47,819 nucleotides of DNA, from positions 1 through 47,819 of the forward strand of contig JACRCH010000007.1 of NCBI GenBank assembly GCA_016219115.1, given 5' to 3'. A program made the translations under genes and the position numbers. The stretch is from Deltaproteobacteria bacterium (GTDB lineage Bacteria > Desulfobacterota > GWC2-55-46). Positions 19,319-29,865 of the stretch are shown here, one piece after another (the first letter of the stretch is position 1; each line of letters opens with the position of its first letter). The notes under the pieces were generated by a model. That model had not been told where the DNA came from. It searched no databases and saw only the letters and a list, made by a program, of their open reading frames with translations.

Positions 19319-20899
19319 ATGGTCAAACTTTACGATACGACTTTAAGGGACGGCACCCAGGCCGAGGACATCTCCTTTTCCGTCGAGGACAAGGTCAGGA
19401 TATCAAGAAAGCTCGACGACCTCGGGGTCCACTTCATCGAGGGCGGCTGGCCCGGCAGTAACCCGAGGGACATCGAGTTCTTCAAGGCGATGCAAAGTGA
19501 ACGCCTCAAGAACTCCGTCCTCGTGAGCTTCGGCGCTACAAGAAGGGCCGGGGTGAAGGCGAAGGACGACGCCAACATCAAGGCGCTTCTCGCGTCAAAA
19601 TCCCCTGCCGTGACGGTCTTCGGCAAGACCTGGAAGCTCCATGTGTTGAAGGCCCTGAGGGTATCGCTCGACGAGAACCTCGAGATGATCTTCGACTCCG
19701 TGAGCTACCTTAAAAAGAGGGTCAGGGTCCTCTATGACGCCGAGCACTTCTTCGACGGCTACAAGGATGACCCGGAGTACGCCGTACAGACCCTTGCCGC
19801 GGCCGAGGACGCGGGGGCAGAGACGATCGTGCTCTGCGACACCAACGGCGGGACGCTTACCTTCGAGATATCCGAAATAATGAAGGAAGTCGGAAGGCAC
19901 CTGAAGGCCCCCGTGGGCATACACGCGCACAACGACTCTGAATCCGCCGTGGCCAACACGCTTGTAGCCGTCAAAGAGGGCGCTACTATGGTCCAGGGGA
20001 CGATAAACGGCTTCGGGGAGAGGTGCGGCAACGCGAACCTCTGTTCGATAATCCCGGCCCTGAAGCTGAAGATGGGCATAGACTGCATAACGGACGAGAG
20101 GCTTAAAAAACTCCGCGATACCGCCCGCTTCGTCTACGAGCTTGCCAACCTCCCGCACTTCAAGCACCAGCCTTACGTCGGCGACAGCGCGTTCGCGCAC
20201 AAGGGGGGCATCCATGTCAGCGCGGTTTTGAAGAACCCGCTCACATACGAGCATGTGCGCCCCGAACTCGTGGGAAACCGCCAGAGGGTGCTGGTCTCAG
20301 ACCTCTCCGGGAGGTCCAACATACTTTTCAAGGCTGAGGAGTACGGGGTAGACATCGAGAGCGGCTCCGAGGTCGTAAAGAACGTGTTGAACGAGCTTAA
20401 GGAGCTTGAGCACCGCGGGTTCCAGTACGAGGGGGCCGAGGCCTCATTCGAACTCCTGATGAACAGGGCGCTGAAGAAAAAGGAGCGCTCGTTCAGGCTC
20501 CTGGGCTTCAGGGTCATTGACGAGAAGAGAAAAGAGGACGAGGAAGCGCACGCCGAGGCCATCATCAAGCTTGAGGTCGGAGGGGTCGTGGAGCACACGG
20601 CCGCCGACGGTAACGGCCCGGTAAACGCGCTTGACGCGGCGCTCAGAAAGGCCTTGGAGAGGTTTTATCCGTCTATCAAGGAAGTAAAGCTACTGGACTT
20701 CAAGGTCAGGGTCCTGGCCGGGGTGCAGGGCACGGCCGCCAAGGTCAGGGTCCTTGTGGAATCGGGGGACGCTACGGATAAGTGGGGCACCGTGGGTGTT
20801 TCCGACAACGTGATAGAGGCGAGCTGGCAGGCGCTTGTGGACGCGCTTGAGTACAAGCTCTTCAAGGACAGGAAGAAGACCGGCAGGAAGGTTAAATGA
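19319..20899 (+). CDS. cimA: Citramalate synthase
   Basis: [39 protein letters not shown], LeuA-type allosteric domain. Confidence 0.92.
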   Translation: MVKLYDTTLRDGTQAEDISFSVEDKVRISRKLDDLGVHFIEGGWPGSNPRDIEFFKAMQSERLKNSVLVSFGATRRAGVKAKDDANIKALLASKSPAVTVFGKTWKLHVLKALRVSLDENLEMIFDSVSYLKKRVRVLYDAEHFFDGYKDDPEYAVQTLAAAEDAGAETIVLCDTNGGTLTFEISEIMKEVGRHLKAPVGIHAHNDSESAVANTLVAVKEGATMVQGTINGFGERCGNANLCSIIPALKLKMGIDCITDERLKKLRDTARFVYELANLPHFKHQPYVGDSAFAHKGGIHVSAVLKNPLTYEHVRPELVGNRQRVLVSDLSGRSNILFKAEEYGVDIESGSEVVKNVLNELKELEHRGFQYEGAEASFELLMNRALKKKERSFRLLGFRVIDEKRKEDEEAHAEAIIKLEVGGVVEHTAADGNGPVNALDAALRKALERFYPSIKEVKLLDFKVRVLAGVQGTAAKVRVLVESGDATDKWGTVGVSDNVIEASWQALVDALEYKLFKDRKKTGRKVK

Positions 20900-21339
20900 A
20901 CCGTGACGGAAGATACGGAGCTTTTTTGGTCCTTGCCGCCGTCTTCCTTTCCGTATCCTTTTTCCATTTTTCAAAGACCTCTTTCCGCTCAAAAAACAGT
21001 CCCACCCTTCCGGTAAACGACGATGTAACCGCAGCCTCATCCTCACAGACCGCGGCGTCACCCGTAAAGCCCCCGTCAAAGACCGCAGAGCCGAAGCCGG
21101 AAAAAGAAGGTCCCGGCTTCCGGATAGACCTTAACAGCGCCACAAAGGAAGACCTCCTGAGTCTGCCCGGCATAGGGGAGGTGACCGCCGAAAGGATACT
21201 TAAGAAGCGCATTGAGCTCGGCGGGTTCACAACTGTTGAGGAATTGACAGAGGTCGAGCGGATTGGTAAAGTAAAGATGGACAGAATCCGCGGCCTTGTG
21301 ACTGTAAAAAACGGCCCGCCCAAGCCCAAAAATCCGTAA
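20896..21339 (+). CDS. comEA: ComEA-family helix-hairpin-helix DNA-binding protein
   Basis: N-terminal TM, Pro/Ala-rich linker, IDLNSAT..LPGIG..AERI HhH motifs. Confidence 0.85.
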   Translation: MNRDGRYGAFLVLAAVFLSVSFFHFSKTSFRSKNSPTLPVNDDVTAASSSQTAASPVKPPSKTAEPKPEKEGPGFRIDLNSATKEDLLSLPGIGEVTAERILKKRIELGGFTTVEELTEVERIGKVKMDRIRGLVTVKNGPPKPKNP

Positions 21340-21402
21340 AGACGCCTGTTTAAGCCAAGCCTTGTAAACCCGTTTCAGTAAAACGATTATCCGGAGGAGC
21401 GC

Positions 21403-21729
21403 ATGGCAGAGGATATCCTTGAGCGCCTTAAGTCCAAGGAAGATGAGATGGAGGCGTTTATAAACGAGGCCAGGAAGAAGGCCTCCGCGATAAAAGAAGA
21501 CGCTTTAAGGAAGGCGAAAGAGATCAAAAGCGCTGAAATGAGGGAGACGGAAAGGGACTTGGCGGAGTTCGCCGCGAGAGAGAAAGAGGAGATCGCCAAA
21601 GAGGCGGCCGGGATCGAGAAAGAGGCCCTGGTATCGGCCGAAAAGCTTAAGAAAAACGGTGAGGCTCAAAGGGACAAAGCCGTCAAAGAGGTCGTAAGGT
21701 TCATAAACGAGGGTCTTGGAGAGCGGTAG
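21403..21729 (+). CDS. V/A-type ATPase subunit H/G (peripheral stalk)
   Basis: Charged coiled-coil, first gene of the operon, GGAGG RBS. Confidence 0.75.
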   Translation: MAEDILERLKSKEDEMEAFINEARKKASAIKEDALRKAKEIKSAEMRETERDLAEFAAREKEEIAKEAAGIEKEALVSAEKLKKNGEAQRDKAVKEVVRFINEGLGER

Positions 21730-23607
21730 ATGATAGAGGAGATGAGCAAGGTCCAGATCATAGGGCCGAAGGGCTGCCTTGACGAGTGCATAAAGGTATT
21801 GCACGCCGCCGCGGTTTTGCACATCGAGACCATACCCGCGCCAGCGGACATAGAGTCCTTCCTCCAGAAACTCCCGATGGAAAAGGAGAAGATGCTCCAG
21901 AAGGAGACCCTTGAGAAGGGGGCCGAGAGGCTCCGTAACCTCACGCACCTTTTAAAAGAGCCGGGGTCGTTCAAGACGGCGCGCATCGCGCCCGAGGAGA
22001 TAAACGGGTACCTCGAAGAGATAAAGCCCCTTGAGGGCACGGTAAAGTCGTTGAGGGCCGAGAAGGACGACCTCTCGGAAGAGATCGTCTCGATAGGCAG
22101 GTACGAAAGGCTCCTTCACGGGTTCGCCCCGATAGTTTCGCGTCTCGGGGGCCTCAAAAACTTCGACATAGTCGGCCTTACGGTGGAGAAGACCAGGGAG
22201 GACATCCCCGGGCTTATAGACTCCGAGATAAAAAAGATCACCGGCGGGAACTACCAGATATACGTAAAGGACCTCGACGAGAAGGACATCGGGATAGTGC
22301 TCGCCTACGAGAGGAAGTACGACTCCATGGTAAGGTATCTGCTTTCCGGCAAATCGATAAGCGAGGTGAGGCTTCCCGACGAGTACTCAAGCCTTTCTCT
22401 GGTAGAAGCCCTGAAGCTCATGGGGAGGAAAAAGGCCGCCATCCCGGCGCGCGTAAACGAGGTCGAAAGGGAGCTTCAGGGGATCTCGTACGAGTGGTAC
22501 GGAAAACTGGCCGGGCTCCTCAAGGCCATATACGACGCGATTGACGAGATAGGCGTGATAATGTACGCCGCGCAGAGCCGTTTCACCTTCGTCATAGAGG
22601 GCTGGGTCCCCGTGAAGATGCTCGAGCTCCTGAAGGAGAAGTTCAAAGCGCTCTTCGATGACAGGGTCCTGGTAAGGGAGCTTGAGATAAAGGACACGGA
22701 GGTCGACCTCATACCGGTCCATATAAAGAACTACGGGATATTCAAACCCTTCGAGGTCTTCCTCTCCGCGCTTCCGCCGCCAAGGTACGGCTCGGTCGAC
22801 CCCACGCCGTATGTGGCGGTATTTTTCCCGATATTCTTCGGCCTCATCGTCGGCGATATCGGCTATGGCGCGGTCATATTCCTCATAAGCCTTTACCTGA
22901 GGAGGCGGTTCAGGGGAAAAGAGACGCTCTCCAGCATCGCCTCGGTCCTCTCCGTCAGCAGCGTTTCCGCCATTATATTCGGCTTTCTATTCGGTGAGTT
23001 TTTCGGGGACCTCGGGACCCGGTTCGGCCTCATTCACCCGGTACTTTTCCACAGGACCGAGGCCTTGAAGACCACGATGGTATTGACCATCGGCATCGGT
23101 ATCGGGCACGTGCTCCTTGGGATCATAATAGGGATAGTGAACCAGCTCTCAAGGGGGAGGAGAAAAGAGGCAGGGGCGAAGATCGCCTACCTGACCGTCA
23201 TCGTCTCTTTTCTCTTCATCCTCGCCGTGATGTTCAACTTTCTGCCGAGGGATTTTCTGACCCCCGGGGTGGCGGCCCTTGCCGTCTCCTTCATAGTCCT
23301 GACCGTGTTGGAAGGGGTGCTGGGGCCGCTTGAGTTCCTCAAAGCCCTCGGCAACATCCTCTCCTATGTAAGGATCATGGCCGTAGGTACCGCCTCGGTG
23401 GTGATGGCCACCGTGGCAAACAGGATCGGCGGGCTCTCCGAAGACCTGATCGTCGGCATCATAGCCGCCGGCGTCATACACGCGCTCAATGTGGTCTTAA
23501 GCGTTCTTAGCCCCTCGATACAGTCTATGAGGCTCCATTACGTGGAGTTCTTCAGCAAGTTCTACGAAGGGGGCGGCAGAAAATACACGCCGTTCAAGAA
23601 AAGATAA
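21730..23607 (+). CDS. atpI: V/A-type ATPase subunit I (a)
   Basis: DPTP..FFPIFFGLIVGDIGYG, SYVRI, RLHYVEFFSKFYEGGG. Confidence 0.95.
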   Translation: MIEEMSKVQIIGPKGCLDECIKVLHAAAVLHIETIPAPADIESFLQKLPMEKEKMLQKETLEKGAERLRNLTHLLKEPGSFKTARIAPEEINGYLEEIKPLEGTVKSLRAEKDDLSEEIVSIGRYERLLHGFAPIVSRLGGLKNFDIVGLTVEKTREDIPGLIDSEIKKITGGNYQIYVKDLDEKDIGIVLAYERKYDSMVRYLLSGKSISEVRLPDEYSSLSLVEALKLMGRKKAAIPARVNEVERELQGISYEWYGKLAGLLKAIYDAIDEIGVIMYAAQSRFTFVIEGWVPVKMLELLKEKFKALFDDRVLVRELEIKDTEVDLIPVHIKNYGIFKPFEVFLSALPPPRYGSVDPTPYVAVFFPIFFGLIVGDIGYGAVIFLISLYLRRRFRGKETLSSIASVLSVSSVSAIIFGFLFGEFFGDLGTRFGLIHPVLFHRTEALKTTMVLTIGIGIGHVLLGIIIGIVNQLSRGRRKEAGAKIAYLTVIVSFLFILAVMFNFLPRDFLTPGVAALAVSFIVLTVLEGVLGPLEFLKALGNILSYVRIMAVGTASVVMATVANRIGGLSEDLIVGIIAAGVIHALNVVLSVLSPSIQSMRLHYVEFFSKFYEGGGRKYTPFKKR

Positions 23608-23667
23608 GGCAAAAAGGATATACTGAGCAGGGCTGCGCTTTCTTACCAATACGATGCGGAGGTGTTT

Positions 23668-23877
23668 ATGGAAAAAGGACTCATTGCGCTGGCGGCCGCC
23701 ATAGCCATAGGACTGCCGGCACTGGCCACGGCCTGGGCACAGAGCAAGATCGGGGCCGCCGGAGCCGGCGCCATAGCGGAAAAGCCGGAGCTCGCCGGTA
23801 TCGTCATCATACTCGTGGCCATACCCGAGACGATGGTGCTCCTGGGCTTCGTCGTCGCCTACCTGATAATAGGTTAG
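23668..23877 (+). CDS. atpK: V/A-type ATPase subunit K (c), single hairpin
   Basis: Two TMs, AQSKIGAA..AE, IPET; GGAGG RBS. Confidence 0.93.
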   Translation: MEKGLIALAAAIAIGLPALATAWAQSKIGAAGAGAIAEKPELAGIVIILVAIPETMVLLGFVVAYLIIG

Positions 23878-23878
23878 C

Positions 23879-24454
23879 ATGGCGGAAGATACGCTTTTAA
23901 AGACGCTTGAGGAGGATGCCAGGGCCCAGGCATCCGAGGTCCTGAAGGACGCCGAGAGGCGCTCTCAGGAGATATTCGAGGCCGCGCGGCGGGAGTCCGC
24001 CTCGTTGAAGGAGGCAAGGCTTAAAGAGCTTTCAGCGACGCTTATGAAGGAACGCTCAGCCCTTTTAAACTCCGCTCGCGTGCGCGCAAGCGGGGCCCTC
24101 CTTGAGGTGAGGCGCTCGGTCATAGACGCGGTGCTCAAAAAGGCGGTAGAGAGTTTCAACCTCCTGCCGGAAAAAGAGTACTCCGGGCTCCTTAAGAGGC
24201 TCTACTCGATACTTGAAAAAGACTGGGAGAGCGTCGGGACGGGCAGACCCATCGTCAGGATAAACCCGTCCGACACAGGTAAGATCGACGAAAAAGGCGC
24301 CGTGTTAGTCCCCGACCCGTCGGTCAGCCTTGGGCTTGTCTTCACCTCCGCGGACGGGAAGGTCAGAAAAGAGCTTACGATACCGTCTATCGTAAGAAAG
24401 GCCGCTAAGACCCTGGAGACCGAGGTCGACAAGGTCCTCTTCGGGGGCGGTTGA
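23879..24454 (+). CDS. atpE: V/A-type ATPase subunit E
   Basis: N-terminal coiled-coil plus globular C-terminus; operon position. Confidence 0.85.
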   Translation: MAEDTLLKTLEEDARAQASEVLKDAERRSQEIFEAARRESASLKEARLKELSATLMKERSALLNSARVRASGALLEVRRSVIDAVLKKAVESFNLLPEKEYSGLLKRLYSILEKDWESVGTGRPIVRINPSDTGKIDEKGAVLVPDPSVSLGLVFTSADGKVRKELTIPSIVRKAAKTLETEVDKVLFGGG

Positions 24455-24486
24455 TGAGAGAGCGTTCCGGATACGGAAGGTGACCG

Positions 24487-25530
24487 ATGGATCTCAGTTA
24501 TTTTAATGCGCGGGTGCGGGGGCTCAAGGGCGCTCTTCTGGGGGATGAGGACTACGAGGCGTTTCTCAAGCTTGATGACGCCGAGAGGTTTCACGAGTCC
24601 CTCAAATCGACCCGTTACGGCCCTTACATCGAGACGGCCGGAGCGCGGTACTCAAGGGCAGAAGAGATAGTGTCGGAGGCCTTGAGGGTAAACCTCTCCG
24701 ACACCTTGTCCCATCTGTGGAAGATATCGCCTCCACAGGCGCGTCCGCTTCTTAAGGCGGTCGTCTCCGTCTGGGAGGTCTACAACATAAAAGCTATCAT
24801 AAGGGGCATCGCCAGAGGCGTCAGGCGTGACGAGATACTCGGGGCGGTCGTCCCGGCCGGGGAGTTCGACCGCTCGGCCGTAAAGGACCTCCTCGGTTCC
24901 AGGGACTTAAACGACCTGGTCAGGTTCCTCGATTCGTGGGGCAGCCCTTACGCAAAGCCGGTAAAAGCCGGTCTTGGGAGTTTTACCGCGAGCGGCCACA
25001 TAATGGATATGGAGATGAATATCGACCGTTTTATCTTCGGCCATCTTTTCTCCACGGTCGGCTCGGCCGGGCTTGACGGGAAGGTCATCCGTGACTTTAC
25101 CGTTTTGAGGGTGGACCTGCAGAACATACTTACGCTCTTTAAGATCGCCGGGGAAGGGTTTTCAAGGGCCGGGGCCGGGGATTTTTTCATGGACGGCGGG
25201 GGAAGGCTTAAGAAAAAGGAGTTTTTCAGGCTCTCTCTTCTCAAGAATAGAGAGGAGTTGATAGAGTCCCTCGTTTCGGTCATAAGGGACGCCGACATAA
25301 GAGACGCCCTCAGTTTCGTAGACCCCTCGGAGGTCGCGCTCCTCGGCGAGAAGTTCGACGAGCTGGCGGAGAGAAGGCTTGCGAGGCTCTCCATCATGGA
25401 GCCTCTAAGCGTTGCTCTGGCGGCCTCTTTCATCTACTCGAAGGTCAGGGAGGTCAAGAACCTCCGGTTACTGTCAAGGTCCAAATCGTTCGCTATCCCT
25501 GAGAGCGAGACAAGAAGGCTGTTGCTTTGA
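24487..25530 (+). CDS. atpC: V/A-type ATPase subunit C (d)
   Basis: YFNARVRG, NIKAIIRG, REVKNLR. Confidence 0.9.
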   Translation: MDLSYFNARVRGLKGALLGDEDYEAFLKLDDAERFHESLKSTRYGPYIETAGARYSRAEEIVSEALRVNLSDTLSHLWKISPPQARPLLKAVVSVWEVYNIKAIIRGIARGVRRDEILGAVVPAGEFDRSAVKDLLGSRDLNDLVRFLDSWGSPYAKPVKAGLGSFTASGHIMDMEMNIDRFIFGHLFSTVGSAGLDGKVIRDFTVLRVDLQNILTLFKIAGEGFSRAGAGDFFMDGGGRLKKKEFFRLSLLKNREELIESLVSVIRDADIRDALSFVDPSEVALLGEKFDELAERRLARLSIMEPLSVALAASFIYSKVREVKNLRLLSRSKSFAIPESETRRLLL

Positions 25531-25575
25531 GGCGGTATATCTTTCACGGGCGCGCTCAGGGGAGGTTTTTTTGAC

Positions 25576-25905
25576 ATGGCTGATTTTTTGATCATAACCG
25601 GGCCTCTCACTTCGCTTGGGTTCAGGTGCGCCGGCGTGGAGTGCATGGAGGCCGGCGGTGAGGTAGATCTCGGGGCGCTCCTGTTCAAGCTCCAGGCCGA
25701 GGGCAGATACGGGCTTGTCGCCGTGGAAGAGAAGATCCTCAAAAAGGTATCCGAGCCAGAGATGAGAAGGATTCATAAGAGAGGGCTTCCGATCATAATA
25801 CCGATAAACATCCCGGAGAAGTGGGGTGAGGTGGAGTTCGGCGAGTCCCCGGTCGTAAGGCTCATAAGAAGGGCGATAGGTTATCAGATAAAGATAAGGA
25901 AGTGA
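25576..25905 (+). CDS. atpF: V/A-type ATPase subunit F
   Basis: GFRCAGV, IRRAIG; size and position. Confidence 0.88.
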   Translation: MADFLIITGPLTSLGFRCAGVECMEAGGEVDLGALLFKLQAEGRYGLVAVEEKILKKVSEPEMRRIHKRGLPIIIPINIPEKWGEVEFGESPVVRLIRRAIGYQIKIRK

Positions 25906-25921
25906 CCTGGCAAACGAACGT

Positions 25922-27676
25922 ATGAATGAGATAATCGGTAAGATTCACGGGGTGGCGGGCCCCACGGTCATAGCCTCGGGCATGGCCGGGGCGAAGATGA
26001 ACACCATCTGCCTTGTCGGCAACGACGGCCTTTTAGGCGAGATCATCCGCATTCAGGAGAGCTACGCCACGCTGCAGGTCTATGAGGACACCGGGGGGCT
26101 GACGGTCGGGGAGGGTGTCGTGAGTTTAGCCAGGCCGCTGACCGTCACGCTCGGCCCCGGGCTTTTAACGGGCATCTACGACGGCATACAGAGGCCGCTT
26201 GCCGTCATGAAGGACGCCGGCGCGGATTTTATCGGCAAGGGGATAAAGGCCGCCGCGCTCGACAGGGACAAATCATGGCAGTTTACGCCGCTCAAAAAAG
26301 CCGGCGATACCGTCGAGCCCGGTGAAGTCCTTGGGACCATCCCAGAGACAGCGCGTATAACGCACAGGGTAATGGCCCCTCCCGGCGTAAGGGGCGTCAT
26401 AAAAGAGATAAAGGACGAGTTCGTCTCGGGTAAAGAGCCTGTGTGCGTCCTTGAGGACGGCGCTACAGTCGGGCTGTTCCAGGAGTGGCCCGTGAGGGTG
26501 CCCCGTCCTTTTAAGGAGAAGCTTCCGCCCCGCACGCCTTTCATCACGGGCCAGAGGATATTCGACACTCTGCTTCCAGCGGCCGAAGGCGGTACCGCGA
26601 TAGTCCCCGGAGGCTTCGGCACAGGCAAGACCATAGTCGAGCAGACGATAGCCAAGTTCGGCCGCAGCGACATCGTCATATACGTCGGGTGCGGGGAGAG
26701 GGGCAACGAGATGACCGAGATACTCACGGACTTCCCGACGCTTAAAGACCCGGAGACTGGCATGCCTTTAAGCCTTCGCACCGTCATCGTCGTAAACACC
26801 TCGAACATGCCCGTGGCCGCCAGAGAGGCTTCTATCTTCACCGGTGTGACGATAGCCGAGTACTTCAGGGACATGGGCTACAACGTGGCTATACTCGCGG
26901 ATTCCATATCAAGGTGGGCCGAGGCGCTGCGAGAGATCTCCTCAAGGCTTGAGGAGATGCCCGGCGAAGAGGGCTTCCCGCCGTATCTCTCCACTCAACT
27001 CGGAGGGTTCTACGAACGCTCCGGCAGGGTGAAGTGCCTCGGACCCGACGACAGGACAGGCTCCGTTACGATAGTAAGCGCAGTGTCGCCTCCGGGCGGG
27101 GACTTCTCCGAGCCTGTCACTCAGTCGTCATTGCGCTTCGCGGGCGCTCTATGGGCGCTGGACCCGGACCTGGCCTACAGGAGGCATTTCCCGGCGGTAA
27201 ACTGGCAGGCCAGCTTCAGCCTCTATTACCCGCAGCTCAGGGACTGGTTCGCAAGAGAGGTCTCACCGGAGCTGCCTGATCTGAGGGACAGGCTTTTTAC
27301 CCTGCTGCAGAGACAGGCGGAGCTCAAGGAGATAATACAGATAATAGGCGTGGAGGCCCTGCAGGAATCCGACAGGCTTACGCTTGAGGTGGCGAACCTC
27401 GCCAGGGACGCCTTCCTAAAGCAGAGTGTCTTTAACGAGACCGACGCCTTCAACACCTACGAGAAGCAGTACCTCATGCTCAAGGCCATCTTCTCGTTCC
27501 ATGACAACGCCGAGGCGGCCCTTAAACGGGGCGTCTACATAGAGACCATTGTGGACTCGCCATCGCGCACCCGGATACTCAGGATGAGGGATATCCCGAA
27601 CGACGGCATCTCAAAAGAGGCCGGGGAGCTTATCGAGGAGATAGAGAACGAGTTAGGCGCCACGGAGGAGCTATAG
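25922..27676 (+). CDS. atpA: V/A-type ATPase subunit A
   Basis: [35 protein letters not shown]. Confidence 0.97.
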   Translation: MNEIIGKIHGVAGPTVIASGMAGAKMNTICLVGNDGLLGEIIRIQESYATLQVYEDTGGLTVGEGVVSLARPLTVTLGPGLLTGIYDGIQRPLAVMKDAGADFIGKGIKAAALDRDKSWQFTPLKKAGDTVEPGEVLGTIPETARITHRVMAPPGVRGVIKEIKDEFVSGKEPVCVLEDGATVGLFQEWPVRVPRPFKEKLPPRTPFITGQRIFDTLLPAAEGGTAIVPGGFGTGKTIVEQTIAKFGRSDIVIYVGCGERGNEMTEILTDFPTLKDPETGMPLSLRTVIVVNTSNMPVAAREASIFTGVTIAEYFRDMGYNVAILADSISRWAEALREISSRLEEMPGEEGFPPYLSTQLGGFYERSGRVKCLGPDDRTGSVTIVSAVSPPGGDFSEPVTQSSLRFAGALWALDPDLAYRRHFPAVNWQASFSLYYPQLRDWFAREVSPELPDLRDRLFTLLQRQAELKEIIQIIGVEALQESDRLTLEVANLARDAFLKQSVFNETDAFNTYEKQYLMLKAIFSFHDNAEAALKRGVYIETIVDSPSRTRILRMRDIPNDGISKEAGELIEEIENELGATEEL

Positions 27677-27681
27677 ACCCG

Positions 27682-29037
27682 ATGGATCTGATCGTACGGG
27701 AATACAGGACCATAAGCTACATATCCGGCCCCCTCATCTTCGCCGAGAAGATCACCGGCGGCGGGCTCGGGGAGATGTGCGTCATAACGCTGCCGGGCGG
27801 TGAGAAACGCACCGGCCAGATACTCCAATTGAAGGGAGACCGGGCCGTTATCCAGGTCCTTGAAGGGACCTCCGGAATAGATACCGACAGCGCAGCGGTC
27901 GTGCCCACGGGAGAGGTCGCAACCGTCGGAGTCTCGAAAGAGATGTTCGGCAGGGTCTTCAACGGCCTGGGGGCCCCCATAGACGGCCTGCCGCCGATAA
28001 TCCCCGATAAGCACATGCCAGTAAACGGCCTGCCGATGAACCCGGTGGCGAGGGAGAAGCCGGACTTCTTCATCCAGACCGGGATATCGTCCATAGACGG
28101 ACTCAATACCCTCGTGAGGGGACAGAAGCTCCCGATATTTTCCGGGGCGGGCTTGCCGGCGAACGAACTAGCCCTGCAGGTGGTAAGACAATCGAGGGTA
28201 TCCGAGGCGGCGGACTTCTGCGTGATACTCGGGGCGATGGGCATAACTTCGAGAGAGGCCTTCTTCTTCAGGGAATCCCTCGGCGAGACCGGAGCGATGG
28301 AGAGGACCATAGCCTTCATAAACGAGGCGAGCGACCCGACCATCGAGCGGCTCTTCACCCCGAGGATCGCCCTTACGACGGCCGAGTATCTGGCCTTCGA
28401 GAAGGGCTACCACGTGATGGTGGTACTGACCGACATGACCGCGTACTGCGAGGCATTAAGGGAGATCGGGAGCGCCCGCGAGGAGATACCCGGGAGAAGG
28501 AGCTACCCCGGCTACATGTACACGGACCTGGCGAGCCTTTACGAGAGGGCCGGAAGGCTCCATGAGCGCAAGGGCTCGATAACGATGATGCCTATACTCA
28601 CCATGCCGGATGACGATATAACGCACCCGATACCAGACCTTACGGGCTATATCACGGAGGGGCAGATAGTGTTGAGCAGGGCCCTGCACCGCAAAGGCGT
28701 CTACCCTCCGATAGACGTCATGCCGTGCCTCTCCAGGCTGATGAACCTGGGGATCGGGAAAGGAAAAACGCGCGATGTCCACAGGGCGCTTGCCGACAAC
28801 CTTTATTCGGCCTACGCCAGGGGGGCGGACGTAAGAAGGCTTGTGACGATCGTGGGAGAGGAAGGCATGACCGAGCTCGACAGGAAGTTTTTAACCTTCT
28901 CCGAGGAGTTCGAGAAGAGGTTTATAGGGCAGGGCGCCGGTAACAGGACCATAGACGAGACACTCGATCTTGGGGCGGAGCTATTGAGCATCCTTCCGGA
29001 GAGAGAGATCGCCGGGGTCGCCAGGAAGGTCAAGTAA
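27682..29037 (+). CDS. atpB: V/A-type ATPase subunit B
   Basis: [39 protein letters not shown]. Confidence 0.97.
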   Translation: MDLIVREYRTISYISGPLIFAEKITGGGLGEMCVITLPGGEKRTGQILQLKGDRAVIQVLEGTSGIDTDSAAVVPTGEVATVGVSKEMFGRVFNGLGAPIDGLPPIIPDKHMPVNGLPMNPVAREKPDFFIQTGISSIDGLNTLVRGQKLPIFSGAGLPANELALQVVRQSRVSEAADFCVILGAMGITSREAFFFRESLGETGAMERTIAFINEASDPTIERLFTPRIALTTAEYLAFEKGYHVMVVLTDMTAYCEALREIGSAREEIPGRRSYPGYMYTDLASLYERAGRLHERKGSITMMPILTMPDDDITHPIPDLTGYITEGQIVLSRALHRKGVYPPIDVMPCLSRLMNLGIGKGKTRDVHRALADNLYSAYARGADVRRLVTIVGEEGMTELDRKFLTFSEEFEKRFIGQGAGNRTIDETLDLGAELLSILPEREIAGVARKVK

Positions 29038-29048
29038 GGGAGCAGCGT

Positions 29049-29672
29049 ATGGAAAAGTCCTCGCCTACGCGCCAGCAGCTCCTGATACTCAGGGAGCAGT
29101 TCGACGCCGTAAAAAAGGGCCTCGACCTCCTCAAGAGCAAAAGGGAGGCGCTCATGAAGGAGTTCTTCGACATAGTCGAGGAGTCGGTCGGGATGAGGGA
29201 TGACCTCACCGGGCTTTTAAGCCGCGCCTTCAGGGACCTTGAGCGCGCAAAGGCCTTGAACGGCTTTGCCCTTGAGTCCTTCGCGCACGCCGCCGGAAGA
29301 AAGGTAAACCTCAATATCAGGGTGAGGAACATCTGGGGGGTGAAGGTCCCCGAGATAGAGGAGACTACCCTTACGAGGTCTCTGGAGGCGAGAGACCTCT
29401 CCCCGGTAGGAGAGAGGGCCGAGGTGATAGAAGTGGCCGTGGAGTTCGAGAAGGCCTCCGACCTGATCGTAAAGATAGCCTCCAAAGAGGTGATGCTGTC
29501 TCGCGTCGGAGAGATGATAAAGTCCGACACCCGCAAGGTCAACGCGATAACCGAGATGATGCTCCCGGCGATGCGCAGAAGGATAAGATACATTGAACGG
29601 GTCCTGGAAGAGAGGGAAAGGGAAGAGGTCTTCAGGCTCAAGCGTTACAAATCGATGAGGCCGGGGACATAG
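29049..29672 (+). CDS. atpD: V/A-type ATPase subunit D
   Basis: PTR..L, LLKSKREAL, TRKVNA, LEEREREE..RLK. Confidence 0.94.
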   Translation: MEKSSPTRQQLLILREQFDAVKKGLDLLKSKREALMKEFFDIVEESVGMRDDLTGLLSRAFRDLERAKALNGFALESFAHAAGRKVNLNIRVRNIWGVKVPEIEETTLTRSLEARDLSPVGERAEVIEVAVEFEKASDLIVKIASKEVMLSRVGEMIKSDTRKVNAITEMMLPAMRRRIRYIERVLEEREREEVFRLKRYKSMRPGT

Positions 29673-29753
29673 CCGCAAACCCCTCATTTTTCCCAGCCGT
29701 TTCCCCTGTAATCCGACCCCTCCGGAAGGAAATATGGGGCAAAAATATCTTTC

Positions 29754-29783
29754 TTGTATTATAATACAGCGTTCTGGTATATT
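29754..29783 (+). promoter_or_regulatory. Probable purB promoter overlapped by a perfect 14-bp palindrome
   Basis: TTGTAT-18 bp-TATATT with TG extension; TGTATTATAATACA at 29755-29768. Confidence 0.45.
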
Positions 29784-29865
29784 TTATCTTTTTTAACGGT
29801 CCGAAAACCACCGGGGCTTTTAACCCGGGATAACTCGTTTTATACTCATTCAGGGGAAATAAAAG

